From Bacteroidota bacterium (lineage in GTDB: Bacteria > Bacteroidota > Bacteroidia > Bacteroidales > F082), in contig JACNJS010000010.1 of assembly GCA_014382445.1 (NCBI GenBank), forward strand, positions 20,198 through 84,197: a DNA stretch of 64,000 nucleotides, read 5' to 3'. Below, in pieces: positions 53,583 to 63,291 of the stretch. The notes below the pieces were generated by a model. The model did not search any database and was not told the origin of the DNA. It was given only the letters and a program-made list of their open reading frames with translations. Positions within the stretch are counted from its first letter, which is position 1; each line of letters begins with the position of its first letter. The translations under genes and the position numbers were made by a program.

Positions 53583-56519
53583 TTAGTTTCCCGGCTTTAA
53601 CGCCTCATAAAACAACTGATGAATATTTGTACGGATATCTAGTTCCATTAATTTACTATTATTCATGTCGGGATATACCCGATTGGACAAAAATACATAA
53701 ATAAGTCCATTCTCAGGATCAGCCCAGGCATATGTTCCAGTGAAACCTGAATGTCCAAAACTGGAAGGTGATGCATCTTTACAATTTGTTCGGTGTTCCT
53801 CATACACAAGCAGAGGTTTATCAAAACCTAAACCCCGTCTGTTACTATCGGCAGCAAAATGATACTTGTTAAAAAGGTCTATAGTCTCTTTTTTTAAAAA
53901 TGTTTCATGTCCGTATGCACCTCCGTTTAAAAACATCTGCATCATTACTGCCACATTATGTGCATTTCCAAATAAACCGGCATTTCCTGATACACCACCT
54001 AACAAGGCGGTCCCCTGATCATGAACATCACCAAGAAGTTGCTGCCTCCTGAAAACGGTATCATTCTCCGTTGGGATAATTTTATCAATGCTAAAATACT
54101 TTCGAGGATTAAATTTCAGATAGTTCAATTGAAGTTTAGTATAGAAATTATCATATAAATAATCATCGAACGAAGTATTATTTATATCCTCTACAATCTG
54201 CTTAAACATGTAAAACCCAAGTCCTGAATAATGATAGGTTTTATCCTTAAAAGGCGACTTCATAATACTGTCCATTATAATATGATTATATCCCTTTTTA
54301 ACATACATACCTTCTGCAACCCTAACCGGGAAGTCTTCGGAAATATGATCCTGATAGATTGTTGAATCCCATCCATTTTCCGTGATAGTACTTTTATAGA
54401 AGGGAATCCAGTTTTGTAAACCCGACTGATGTGACAGTACTTCTTTAAACATCAAACTATCTTTATTGGTTCCTCTCAGCATCAACAGGTAATCCGATAG
54501 TTTGCCATCAATATCAATAGTTCCCTGCTCTGTCATTTTCATTAAAGCAGGAGATGTGGCTAGTATTTTTGTAAGTGAAGCAATGTCGTACACATCATTC
54601 CATTTCACCTTGTTAATCTTGTCATAAGTATGATATCCGAACGACTTATTATAGAAAACCGCTCCATTCCTGGCAGCCAGAATCTGACAGCCCGGAAAAG
54701 CACCAATTCCAATTCCGTTAATTGCAATTGAATCAACTTTTCGCAATATATCTATGTTAATTCCCAATGTTTCAGGAGAGCAATCACTGAGCTTTACAGC
54801 ACCATAATCCAAACCCCAACCTGCTTTGTACAATCTTGCATCAACAGGTAAAGTACCAAACATGGTTGTACCAATCATTATCATTTCTGCAGAAGCAACC
54901 TGAAGTGCGGGCTTTTCCTGATAAGAAATAATAATTGCTTTTATATCGTCAGTATTAAAGAAATTTAGAGCATAAGGGCTGGCAAAGATATCAAGGACAA
55001 CATTTGTTTTTGTAGCAAGTCTCTCCACCAGTTCAACATCTGCCTCAGTAATGCCAAATCGTTTGCTTGCCGATATGTTAGTATTAAGCATAGCAACTAC
55101 TACTAGTTCATATTTTTTTAATTCAATAATTAATTTCCTAATATCTCTACGTTTTTCAATATGGTCTGTATAAAAAACATCAATCTCGCCAAATTGAGCC
55201 ATTGCTTTTTCGATTACCTGGTGCTTCGTAGTACCTACAACCAACAAAGCCATTTTTTCATGACTGTTATTTTTTAGAGGTAATATCTGTTCATCATTTT
55301 TAACAATAGTTATAGCTGATTTAAAAAGTTTTTGTGCGGTGGACTGATAATTTGGTTTATTAAGATCGTTTATCAGATTAAAAGTATCAATTGGAATATT
55401 TTCCCAGGCACCCGACAAATACTTATATTTTAATATTTTCTTACAGCTATGGGCTAAGCGTTGTTCGCTGATTAAGCCTGTTAAAACTGCTTTTTTGATA
55501 TTTTGAATTGATGCAGGAACATCATCAGGTATTAGTAATATATCATTTCCTGCTTCCAGAGCTTTAAGTGCAACCTCGCCCCTATTATAATACTTTGTAA
55601 CACCCTTCATATCAAGTCCATCTGTTATGATAAGACCATTAAAACCCATTCTATTGATTAATAATCCGGTAACAATATTATGCGATAAAGTGGAAGGTAA
55701 GTTATGGCGATTCTCTAGAGCAGGGACCGACAAATGTGCTATCATCACAGAGTTTACGCCATTATCAATCAATGACTTAAAAGGGTAAAGATCATTTTCA
55801 AAAAGCGTATTTAATGAACTTGTTACTTCGGGTAGTTCGTTATGTGAGTCCTTATATGTGTTGCCATGTCCGGGAAAGTGCTTCGCTGAAGCTATCAATC
55901 CTTTACTTTGCATGCCCTTCATGTATTGATTGCCCTTTTCAGCAACAAGTAAGGGATTCTGCCCAAAGGATCGCATACCTATAACCGGATTTTTTGGATT
56001 GCTGTTAACATCAACAACAGGGGCAAAGTTTATATGAATTCCGAGTCGTTTGCACTGCTCACCTATTTGTTGCCCCATTGTGTAAATTAATTCATTATCA
56101 TTAATAGCGCCAAGGGTCATTTGAAGTGGATAGTCTATTGTGTTTCTGAGTCGCATTCCCAAACCCCATTCTGCATCAATGCTAACAAATAAAGGTGTTT
56201 GAGCTAATGAATTCCAATAATTTGTTTGTAAAGCCTGCGAAACCGGGTCACCTCTAAAAAAAACAACTCCTCCCAAATTATATTTGGATATAAGAGTATC
56301 CACAACCTTTAAATAAAGTTGTCCGGAATAATTTGCACGCACAAAAATAAGCTGGCCAATTCGTTGTTCCAGTGTCAATGAACGGTAAACGGAGTCAACC
56401 CACAATTCTTCTGATAATTTTGAACTCTCCAATTGTGCTATAGAACGAAAAGGTATCACGGCAATTAGAAAACCAATGATAAGAATTTTAATTTGTGAAA
56501 ATTTATTGAGTTGTATCAT
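53583..56519 (-). CDS. GH3 beta-N-acetylhexosaminidase (NagZ-like) fused to a serine beta-lactamase/PBP-like domain
   Basis: GH3: AKHFPGHGNTYKDSH, IITDGLDMKG. C-terminal domain has the SxxK motif (YDIASLTKIL) and GHSGFTG. Confidence 0.85.
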   Translation of the reverse strand: MIQLNKFSQIKILIIGFLIAVIPFRSIAQLESSKLSEELWVDSVYRSLTLEQRIGQLIFVRANYSGQLYLKVVDTLISKYNLGGVVFFRGDPVSQALQTNYWNSLAQTPLFVSIDAEWGLGMRLRNTIDYPLQMTLGAINDNELIYTMGQQIGEQCKRLGIHINFAPVVDVNSNPKNPVIGMRSFGQNPLLVAEKGNQYMKGMQSKGLIASAKHFPGHGNTYKDSHNELPEVTSSLNTLFENDLYPFKSLIDNGVNSVMIAHLSVPALENRHNLPSTLSHNIVTGLLINRMGFNGLIITDGLDMKGVTKYYNRGEVALKALEAGNDILLIPDDVPASIQNIKKAVLTGLISEQRLAHSCKKILKYKYLSGAWENIPIDTFNLINDLNKPNYQSTAQKLFKSAITIVKNDEQILPLKNNSHEKMALLVVGTTKHQVIEKAMAQFGEIDVFYTDHIEKRRDIRKLIIELKKYELVVVAMLNTNISASKRFGITEADVELVERLATKTNVVLDIFASPYALNFFNTDDIKAIIISYQEKPALQVASAEMIMIGTTMFGTLPVDARLYKAGWGLDYGAVKLSDCSPETLGINIDILRKVDSIAINGIGIGAFPGCQILAARNGAVFYNKSFGYHTYDKINKVKWNDVYDIASLTKILATSPALMKMTEQGTIDIDGKLSDYLLMLRGTNKDSLMFKEVLSHQSGLQNWIPFYKSTITENGWDSTIYQDHISEDFPVRVAEGMYVKKGYNHIIMDSIMKSPFKDKTYHYSGLGFYMFKQIVEDINNTSFDDYLYDNFYTKLQLNYLKFNPRKYFSIDKIIPTENDTVFRRQQLLGDVHDQGTALLGGVSGNAGLFGNAHNVAVMMQMFLNGGAYGHETFLKKETIDLFNKYHFAADSNRRGLGFDKPLLVYEEHRTNCKDASPSSFGHSGFTGTYAWADPENGLIYVFLSNRVYPDMNNSKLMELDIRTNIHQLFYEALKPGN

Positions 56520-56590
56520 TATAGACTTAATTTGAGTGCGAAAATACTAATTTGTTAATAAATGATTTTCTAAGCACTGTTAAATTGTAT

Positions 56591-56598
56591 TACTTTTG
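56591..56598 (+). promoter_or_regulatory. candidate -7 box (TAnnTTTG) for the transketolase operon
   Basis: tacttttg, 59 nt upstream of the ATG at 56657. Confidence 0.3.
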
Positions 56599-56656
56599 GT
56601 GCAAACCCGTGCTTTCAATATTAGCACACTATATATGTGTATAACAAAACGTTAAC

Positions 56657-57502
56657 ATGCCGAATATCGAAAATCTTAAAAAAGTTGCCACACAGGTAAG
56701 AAGAGACATAGTAAGAATGGTACATGGAATACAGTCGGGTCACCCTGGTGGTTCATTAGGTTGTGCCGATTTTTTAACAGCCATGTATCTTGACGTAATG
56801 GATTACGATAAAGATACATTTAACATGAATGCTGAAAATGAAGATTTACTTATTGTTTCCAACGGTCATATAAGTCCGGCTTTATATAGCATTCTTGCTC
56901 GTAGTGGGCAATTGCCAGTTGATGAACTATCTACTTTCAGGTTACTTAATTCCAGACTACAAGGTCATCCTGCAACTATGGAAAAATTACCTGGCATTAG
57001 AATTGCCACAGGATCCCTCGGACAAGGTTTGTCAGTTTCAATTGGTATTGCTTTGGCAAAAAAACTAAATAACGATCATAAGAAGGTTTTTTGCCTTATG
57101 GGCGATGGAGAACTTGAAGAAGGACAGGTTTGGGAAGCAGCAATGTATATCGGATCACATAAAATTAATAATGTAATTGGCATAGTTGATTATAACAAGA
57201 AACAAATTGATGGAGCTACCGACGATGTACTCCCGCTTGGTGATTTGAAAGCTAAGTTTGAAGCTTTTGGATGGACTGTTCTAGAAATAAATGGAAATAA
57301 CATTAAGGAAGTTGTAGATAATATGCATTATGCAAAAAAGTTATCAACTGAAGGAAATCCAATTGTTGTACTTATGCACACCGAAATGGGTATGGGTGTT
57401 GACTTTATGATGGGTACACATAAGTGGCACGGAGTACCACCAAATGATGAGCAGCTTGAATCTGCACTCAGTCAACTTGAAGAAACTCTTGGTGATTATT
57501 AA
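56657..57502 (+). CDS. transketolase, N-terminal (TPP-binding) subunit
   Basis: SGHPGGSLGCADFL, SNGHISPALYS, GSLGQGLSVSIG, MGDGELEEGQVWEA. Confidence 0.9.
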   Translation: MPNIENLKKVATQVRRDIVRMVHGIQSGHPGGSLGCADFLTAMYLDVMDYDKDTFNMNAENEDLLIVSNGHISPALYSILARSGQLPVDELSTFRLLNSRLQGHPATMEKLPGIRIATGSLGQGLSVSIGIALAKKLNNDHKKVFCLMGDGELEEGQVWEAAMYIGSHKINNVIGIVDYNKKQIDGATDDVLPLGDLKAKFEAFGWTVLEINGNNIKEVVDNMHYAKKLSTEGNPIVVLMHTEMGMGVDFMMGTHKWHGVPPNDEQLESALSQLEETLGDY

Positions 57503-57576
57503 CTGTATAAATTGTTTAATGATTGATTCAGTTAATTATAATAATATTTTAACGGATAAAAAGTAAATCAGTTTAG

Positions 57577-58959
57577 TTGAAAAGCGTTGCCAAATATATT
57601 AGCATCTTATTGATTTGTGTGTTGAGTTTTCCTGTTATCGGACAAAACACCAGCAATGAAAACACAAAAAAAACCACAAGAATACTTTTTGTATTAGATG
57701 CATCAAAAAGCATGACCGGTAAATGGCAGGGCGATAGCAAATATATAATTGCACGAACAATCCTATCGGAAATATTAGACAGCTTGAGTACTGCTGAAAA
57801 TGTTGAAATAGCTTTAAGGGTTTATGGCCACACAGTACATTTTCCTCCGCAAAACTGCAATGATACTCGCTTAGAAGTGCCTTTTGGAAAAAACAATGTT
57901 GACGAAATAAAATTCAGGCTAAAGCAGTTATCGCCGAAAGGCACATCTCCAATTGCCAATTCATTATTAAAATCGAAAAACGACTTTACACCGTGTTCAA
58001 ATTGCAGGAATATAGTTGTCCTAATAACAGATGGTATAGAAGAATGTGGTGGCGATATTTGCGAAGTTAGCGCAGCATTACAAAAAGAAGGAATTATTAT
58101 AAAACCATTTATAATAGGTATAGGCCATGATACACATGAAGCCTATGATTGTGCCGGCCAGTATTATAATGCTGCCGACAAAGAGCAGTTTACCTTAGCT
58201 TTAAATATTATTATCACAAAAGTTCTTAGCCAAACAAGCATCCAGGTTAATTTGCTCGATCAGTTTAACCGGCCAACAGAAACCAATGTAAACATGACTT
58301 TTATAAATAAAAGCTCTGATAAGGTTTCCTATAATTTTGTACATACTTTAAACAGCAAAGGATTACCTGATACGCTAAATATCGATCATCTTATTGAATA
58401 CAAGGTTATTGTACATACAATTCCACCAATTGTTTTTGATTCGGTTAAACTAACCGAAAGTAAGCATACAACCATATCAACTTCATCTCCGCAGGGAAGC
58501 CTGCTGGTTAAACTTCAAGGGCCTACCAAGGCTGATTTCAATCCTGCTGTAGCTGTGAAATTACCGAACAATATCGAGCTGCTTAATGTTCAGTATTTAA
58601 ATGAGGAGGTCAAATATATTTCAGGAAAGTATGAACTAGATATACTCACTTTGCCAGTCATCCATCTGAAGAATATAGATATTGATCCGGATAATCAAAC
58701 AAAAATTGAAATAGAGAATCCCGGCATCGCTGCAATTCAAAAGAGCATTAAAGGGTTTGGAAGTATCTATCTATTAGATGGTGATGAACAAATTTGGGTA
58801 ATTAATTTTGGCAGTATTTCAAACTATACCGAGTCATTATATTTACAGCCTGGAATGTACAGGCTGGTATTCCGATCCTTATATGCAGCCCAGTCAGCAA
58901 CAACCATTGAACGGGAATTTGAGATTAAATCAGAAAAAACAACACGAATAAAACTTTAG
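57577..58959 (+). CDS. secreted VWA domain protein
   Basis: TTG start and signal peptide. MIDAS-like ILFVLDASKSM...GTSPIANSL...VVLITDGIE. About 250-aa beta-rich C-terminal extension. Confidence 0.7.
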   Translation: MKSVAKYISILLICVLSFPVIGQNTSNENTKKTTRILFVLDASKSMTGKWQGDSKYIIARTILSEILDSLSTAENVEIALRVYGHTVHFPPQNCNDTRLEVPFGKNNVDEIKFRLKQLSPKGTSPIANSLLKSKNDFTPCSNCRNIVVLITDGIEECGGDICEVSAALQKEGIIIKPFIIGIGHDTHEAYDCAGQYYNAADKEQFTLALNIIITKVLSQTSIQVNLLDQFNRPTETNVNMTFINKSSDKVSYNFVHTLNSKGLPDTLNIDHLIEYKVIVHTIPPIVFDSVKLTESKHTTISTSSPQGSLLVKLQGPTKADFNPAVAVKLPNNIELLNVQYLNEEVKYISGKYELDILTLPVIHLKNIDIDPDNQTKIEIENPGIAAIQKSIKGFGSIYLLDGDEQIWVINFGSISNYTESLYLQPGMYRLVFRSLYAAQSATTIEREFEIKSEKTTRIKL

Positions 58960-58965
58960 CGAATA

Positions 58966-59919
58966 ATGAGTGAATATAAAGTTATTGACCATAAAGATAC
59001 CAGATCAGGATTTGGAGAAGCATTATTGGAGTTAGGAAAAAATAACCCAAAAGTTGTAGCACTTGTGGCTGACTTAACAGGATCACTAAAAATGGACGAC
59101 TTTGCTGCAGCATATCCCGACAGGTTTTTTCAAATGGGCATCGCTGAAGCAAACATGATGGGGACAGCTGCCGGCCTTACTATTGGCGGATACATTCCTT
59201 TTACAGGCACATTTGCCAACTTTTCCACTGGCAGGGTTTACGATCAAATAAGGCAATCAATTGCTTATTCGGACAAAAACGTAAAGATATGCGCATCGCA
59301 TGCCGGAATTACCCTTGGCGAAGATGGAGCTACCCATCAAATGCTTGAGGATATTGGCTTGATGAAAATGTTACCGGGAATGACGGTTATTAACACTTGC
59401 GATTTTAATCAAACCAAACAAGCTACATTAGCTATTGCAGATTATCTGGGACCGGTTTATCTGAGGTTTGGTCGACCGAAAGTCCCTAATTTTATTCCTG
59501 CCGAAAGCGAATTCACGATAGGAAAAGGTATTACATTAAAAACGGGAACTGATGTTAGCATTATAGCTACCGGACATCTTGTTTGGAAAGCTATGGAAGC
59601 TGCTGAACTTCTAAATCAAAATGGCATTATTGCGGAAGTTATAAACATCCACACAATTAAACCACTTGATACTGAACTCATTCTTAATTCAGCAAGCAAA
59701 ACCCGCTGTGTTGTAACTGCAGAGGAACACCAAATAAATGGTGGCCTTGGTGATAGCATTGCTCAATTATTATCGCGCTATCTGCCAACACCAATTGAGT
59801 TTGTTGCTGTTATGGATGAATTCGGGCAGAGTGGAAAACCCGAACAATTAATGAAACACTACGGTTTGGATACTCCAGATATTGTTGAAGCTGCGAAAAA
59901 AGCTATTTCCAGAAAATAA
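58966..59919 (+). CDS. transketolase, C-terminal (pyrimidine-binding) subunit
   Basis: FFQMGIAEANMMGTAAGL, GATHQMLEDIGLM, and C-terminal domain INIHTIKPLD. Confidence 0.9.
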   Translation: MSEYKVIDHKDTRSGFGEALLELGKNNPKVVALVADLTGSLKMDDFAAAYPDRFFQMGIAEANMMGTAAGLTIGGYIPFTGTFANFSTGRVYDQIRQSIAYSDKNVKICASHAGITLGEDGATHQMLEDIGLMKMLPGMTVINTCDFNQTKQATLAIADYLGPVYLRFGRPKVPNFIPAESEFTIGKGITLKTGTDVSIIATGHLVWKAMEAAELLNQNGIIAEVINIHTIKPLDTELILNSASKTRCVVTAEEHQINGGLGDSIAQLLSRYLPTPIEFVAVMDEFGQSGKPEQLMKHYGLDTPDIVEAAKKAISRK

Positions 59920-59960
59920 AATTATCTTAGCAATTGCAATAATTATAACAACTGAAGCAA

Positions 59961-61907
59961 TTGACTCACAAAAAAACAATAGCAATTATTATTGTAATAG
60001 TTAATATGCTATTGAGCTCTTTTACCTATTCTCAAATTGTTGAAAACAGTTGCGACACAGTTAATATTGAAGCCCCTGCTTACTTAGTTTTAAACGATAC
60101 CTCAATTCATGTTTTTAACGATAGTACTGCAATTATATGCACAAAATACCTAATCCTAACCAAAAAAAATGGTTACTCACTATACACCAAACTCCTCGAT
60201 AAGTCGAAAAAACATGCTCTTGTAAAAAAGGTTTTTCAGTTACTCATTGCATCAGGCACTCAAGATACAATGTTAGTTAAAAAAGCCCTGATGGAGGCAG
60301 AAGATGCTTACGTTCCGTACTCAGGCAAAATCATCAGAAACATTAAAATACAGGTTCTGAAACCAATTGGGCCATCTATTAGCGATACTAATCTCCCTGT
60401 AATTTCAACATGGGCGAAAGCAATAAATGCTTCACACATCAGCACTCGTAACAGGATTATTGAACATAAATTACTGTTTAAAGTAAACGATACTATAAAC
60501 CCGTTAGAATTAGTTGAAAACACAAATGAGTTGGCAGGTTTGCCTTATCTACAAGATGCTGCAATAGTAGTTATGAACTCTACAACCGACTCGGTTGACG
60601 TGCTTGTTCTTGTAAAAGACAAATTTCCGTGGCTCCCGATAGTTACGATTTACGATATAAATCGCATGAAGTTTTATTTAAGACAAGTTAATATTTTGGG
60701 GATGGGACAATCTCTTGGTGTTGGTACAACTTTAGACAGAAAAAACACTCCACTATTTTATATTTCCGATGTTAATTATTATGTTAACAATATCTATAAC
60801 CAAATAAGCGGTGCTATTAACTTTCACGTATCTGACAATAATAAAACTTACCAGCTATTACTAAATAGGGCTATTATGCCTCTCAGTGTTCGCCTTGGAG
60901 GTGGGCTTGAGATAGCACAAATAGAAGAAAACATTGTAACCGACCCAACTGATATTGACCATAGTTCGTATTTTTTTAAATACAGATATTATGAGTTGTG
61001 GTCGTCATACCTATTTTATGATGATACAAAGCATAGAAAAAAAATAAGTAAGAATACATATATGATTCCCGGTGCTGCTTTTTATCAAAAACAGTATTTA
61101 GATCATCCCTTTGTTTCAATCGATAGTAATAGCAGGTTTGTAAACTATACTCGCATGTTAACTAATATTGCATTTGTTCAGCAAAATTATTACCGAACAA
61201 ATTACCTTAGAAGTTTTGGTAAAGCTGAGTACATACCTTACGGATTTCAGGTAAGTGTAACAAGTGGGTATTCATGGACAGAATTTATGAACAAGCCCTA
61301 TATTGGGATTGGTTTAGCTGCAAACAAACACATTAACAAATTTGGTTATATATCTGCTGATTTTGCATGCGGAACGCACTTTTCTAACAAGCTGGAGCAG
61401 GGCGCGATCAATTCTAACCTGTCGTTTCTAACAGACATAAAAAAAATGGGCAGTTTCCGATACCGTTTACTCACAAATTTAAATTATACCGATGCAATCA
61501 ATCGTACTACTGATGAACTGCTATATTTAGGAGAAGACTATGGCTTTTTAGGGATGAACGAAAAAGCATGGTATGGAAAACAACGTCTGTTTTTGGAGTT
61601 AAATGCAATAACATATACACCATGGTACTTATGGGGGTTTAGAATTGCCATTTATGGATTTTGTAGTGCCGGCCTGTTGGGTACCGATGAATACTCAGTG
61701 CTTCGTAACAGGCTATTAAGTTCAGTTGGAATAGGATTTTATATGAACAATGATTTTTTAGCCTTTGATTCATTTCAGGTAAGAGTAGCTTATTTTCCGG
61801 TTACACCTGAAGGTATTTCACACTTTGGAATTTCATTTTCAACTCTCGAGCTTTTCAAGCAAATAAATTTCCTCAACACAAAGCCTCACATTGTTGAGTA
61901 TAGATAA
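59961..61907 (+). CDS. hypothetical outer-membrane protein (possible Omp85-like barrel)
   Basis: TTG start and signal peptide (KKTIAIIIVIVNMLLSSFTYSQ). POTRA-like KIIRNIKIQVL segment. Aromatic-rich beta pattern in the C-terminal two thirds. Weak. Confidence 0.35.
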   Translation: MTHKKTIAIIIVIVNMLLSSFTYSQIVENSCDTVNIEAPAYLVLNDTSIHVFNDSTAIICTKYLILTKKNGYSLYTKLLDKSKKHALVKKVFQLLIASGTQDTMLVKKALMEAEDAYVPYSGKIIRNIKIQVLKPIGPSISDTNLPVISTWAKAINASHISTRNRIIEHKLLFKVNDTINPLELVENTNELAGLPYLQDAAIVVMNSTTDSVDVLVLVKDKFPWLPIVTIYDINRMKFYLRQVNILGMGQSLGVGTTLDRKNTPLFYISDVNYYVNNIYNQISGAINFHVSDNNKTYQLLLNRAIMPLSVRLGGGLEIAQIEENIVTDPTDIDHSSYFFKYRYYELWSSYLFYDDTKHRKKISKNTYMIPGAAFYQKQYLDHPFVSIDSNSRFVNYTRMLTNIAFVQQNYYRTNYLRSFGKAEYIPYGFQVSVTSGYSWTEFMNKPYIGIGLAANKHINKFGYISADFACGTHFSNKLEQGAINSNLSFLTDIKKMGSFRYRLLTNLNYTDAINRTTDELLYLGEDYGFLGMNEKAWYGKQRLFLELNAITYTPWYLWGFRIAIYGFCSAGLLGTDEYSVLRNRLLSSVGIGFYMNNDFLAFDSFQVRVAYFPVTPEGISHFGISFSTLELFKQINFLNTKPHIVEYR

Positions 61908-61948
61908 TGCTGAGTTTTGAATAATGAGTAATAAACTACAGCCTGAGC

Positions 61949-63127
61949 CTAATATATTGCTCCGCCCCATGTGAATGACCTAAATTCTGACCCTGGAGTA
62001 TTTTTACCAACTAATGTATAATTTTCTAATCCAATACTATTTGCTCTATTGACAAGCAACTTGAGATCATATGCTGTTGGTGTTGTTTTTACTTCAATTG
62101 CTGTTGTTCCATCCAAAATAAAATCAATCTCCTGCCCAGTTCTTCTTGCATAATACTGAACTTTGCCTAATAACTTCAATTGATTACATACTGAATTCTC
62201 AAATAAATTTCCAATATTAATATTCCCAAGTATATTGAGAAGTCCGCTATCAGTAAAATACACTTTATTTTGCAAAGCTATTTCTCTGTCAGGGTTGGTT
62301 ACATATGGTTTAACTAACTTTATGAAAAAAGTGTTCTCTAAAAATAATAAATAATCCTTAACTTTATGACGGTTTATTCCGGTTATTCCAGCAATCTTCG
62401 AAAAATCAACCTTACTTCCAACTCTTGCCGATAACAATTTTATTAAACTGTAAAGTTCATCAACTTTTTTTAAGTCAGCCAAAAACTTAATATCAAGATT
62501 AATGTAGGAATCAAAAATGTCTTTTAGAAGTGCTGTTTTGTTATCATGGCTGTTTGAAAGTACAACTTCAGGAAACCCTCCGTAATTTACATATTCATCA
62601 TAATGTAGTTGATGTTTGCTTATAAAACGAGAATTGGTTTGTTCAAAATTAAATTTTGGTAATTTAATAACTTCATCCTTAAATTGAAGAAATTCAGAAA
62701 AGCTTAATGGCCAAAGTTCAAATAACCTTTTTCTTCCTGCCAAACTTTCGCTAAAAGCACCTCTCATGTAAAATGAGCTGGAACCTGTAATTATAAACTT
62801 AACATCATACGTATCGTAAATATATTTTATTACACTTGTAACATTCGTCACCAATTGAATCTCATCCAATGCAATAACAGCCTTTTGCTGAAAGTCAATG
62901 CCTTCAAACTCCAAGGCACTAACAATATCCGAATAGTTTTCACCAGAAAATATTTTACGGTATTCAATCCTCTCTAAATCAAGGTAAATCTTATTACTAA
63001 TGTCTATTTGGCTAAGAAGATATTTTACAGCAGTTGTTTTCCCTACCCTCCTTAATCCAGTAATAGCAATAATTTGCTTAACTTTAAGAGAGTTAGTTAA
63101 TTCCTGATATACTTTTCTGATTATCAT
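61949..63127 (-). CDS. AAA+ ATPase with C-terminal DUF4143-like domain (COG1373-type)
   Basis: Walker A ITGLRRVGKTT, Walker B IALDEIQ. C-terminal GQEIDFILD...AIEVK resembles the PD-(D/E)XK-like DUF4143 end. Confidence 0.8.
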   Translation of the reverse strand: MIIRKVYQELTNSLKVKQIIAITGLRRVGKTTAVKYLLSQIDISNKIYLDLERIEYRKIFSGENYSDIVSALEFEGIDFQQKAVIALDEIQLVTNVTSVIKYIYDTYDVKFIITGSSSFYMRGAFSESLAGRKRLFELWPLSFSEFLQFKDEVIKLPKFNFEQTNSRFISKHQLHYDEYVNYGGFPEVVLSNSHDNKTALLKDIFDSYINLDIKFLADLKKVDELYSLIKLLSARVGSKVDFSKIAGITGINRHKVKDYLLFLENTFFIKLVKPYVTNPDREIALQNKVYFTDSGLLNILGNINIGNLFENSVCNQLKLLGKVQYYARRTGQEIDFILDGTTAIEVKTTPTAYDLKLLVNRANSIGLENYTLVGKNTPGSEFRSFTWGGAIY

Positions 63128-63152
63128 TTGAATCTAATTTTTTACAAATATA

Positions 63153-63205
63153 ACAAATAGTATAACTATTTGTCAAATATTATTACAAATAGTATAACTA
63201 TTTGT
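63153..63205. promoter_or_regulatory. two identical 21-bp palindromes (ACAAATAGT-ATA-ACTATTTGT), 32 bp apart, upstream of the ATPase gene
   Basis: 63153-63173 and 63185-63205 are identical. A degenerate third copy (caaatagtagataactattgtg) lies at about 63229-63250. Confidence 0.5.
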
Positions 63206-63291
63206 CATTTATTTATTCAAATAGTAGATAACTATTGTGATTTGATGATAAGCACAAGCGGGTGCCAGCACTTTTTGAGTCATAAAAGAAA

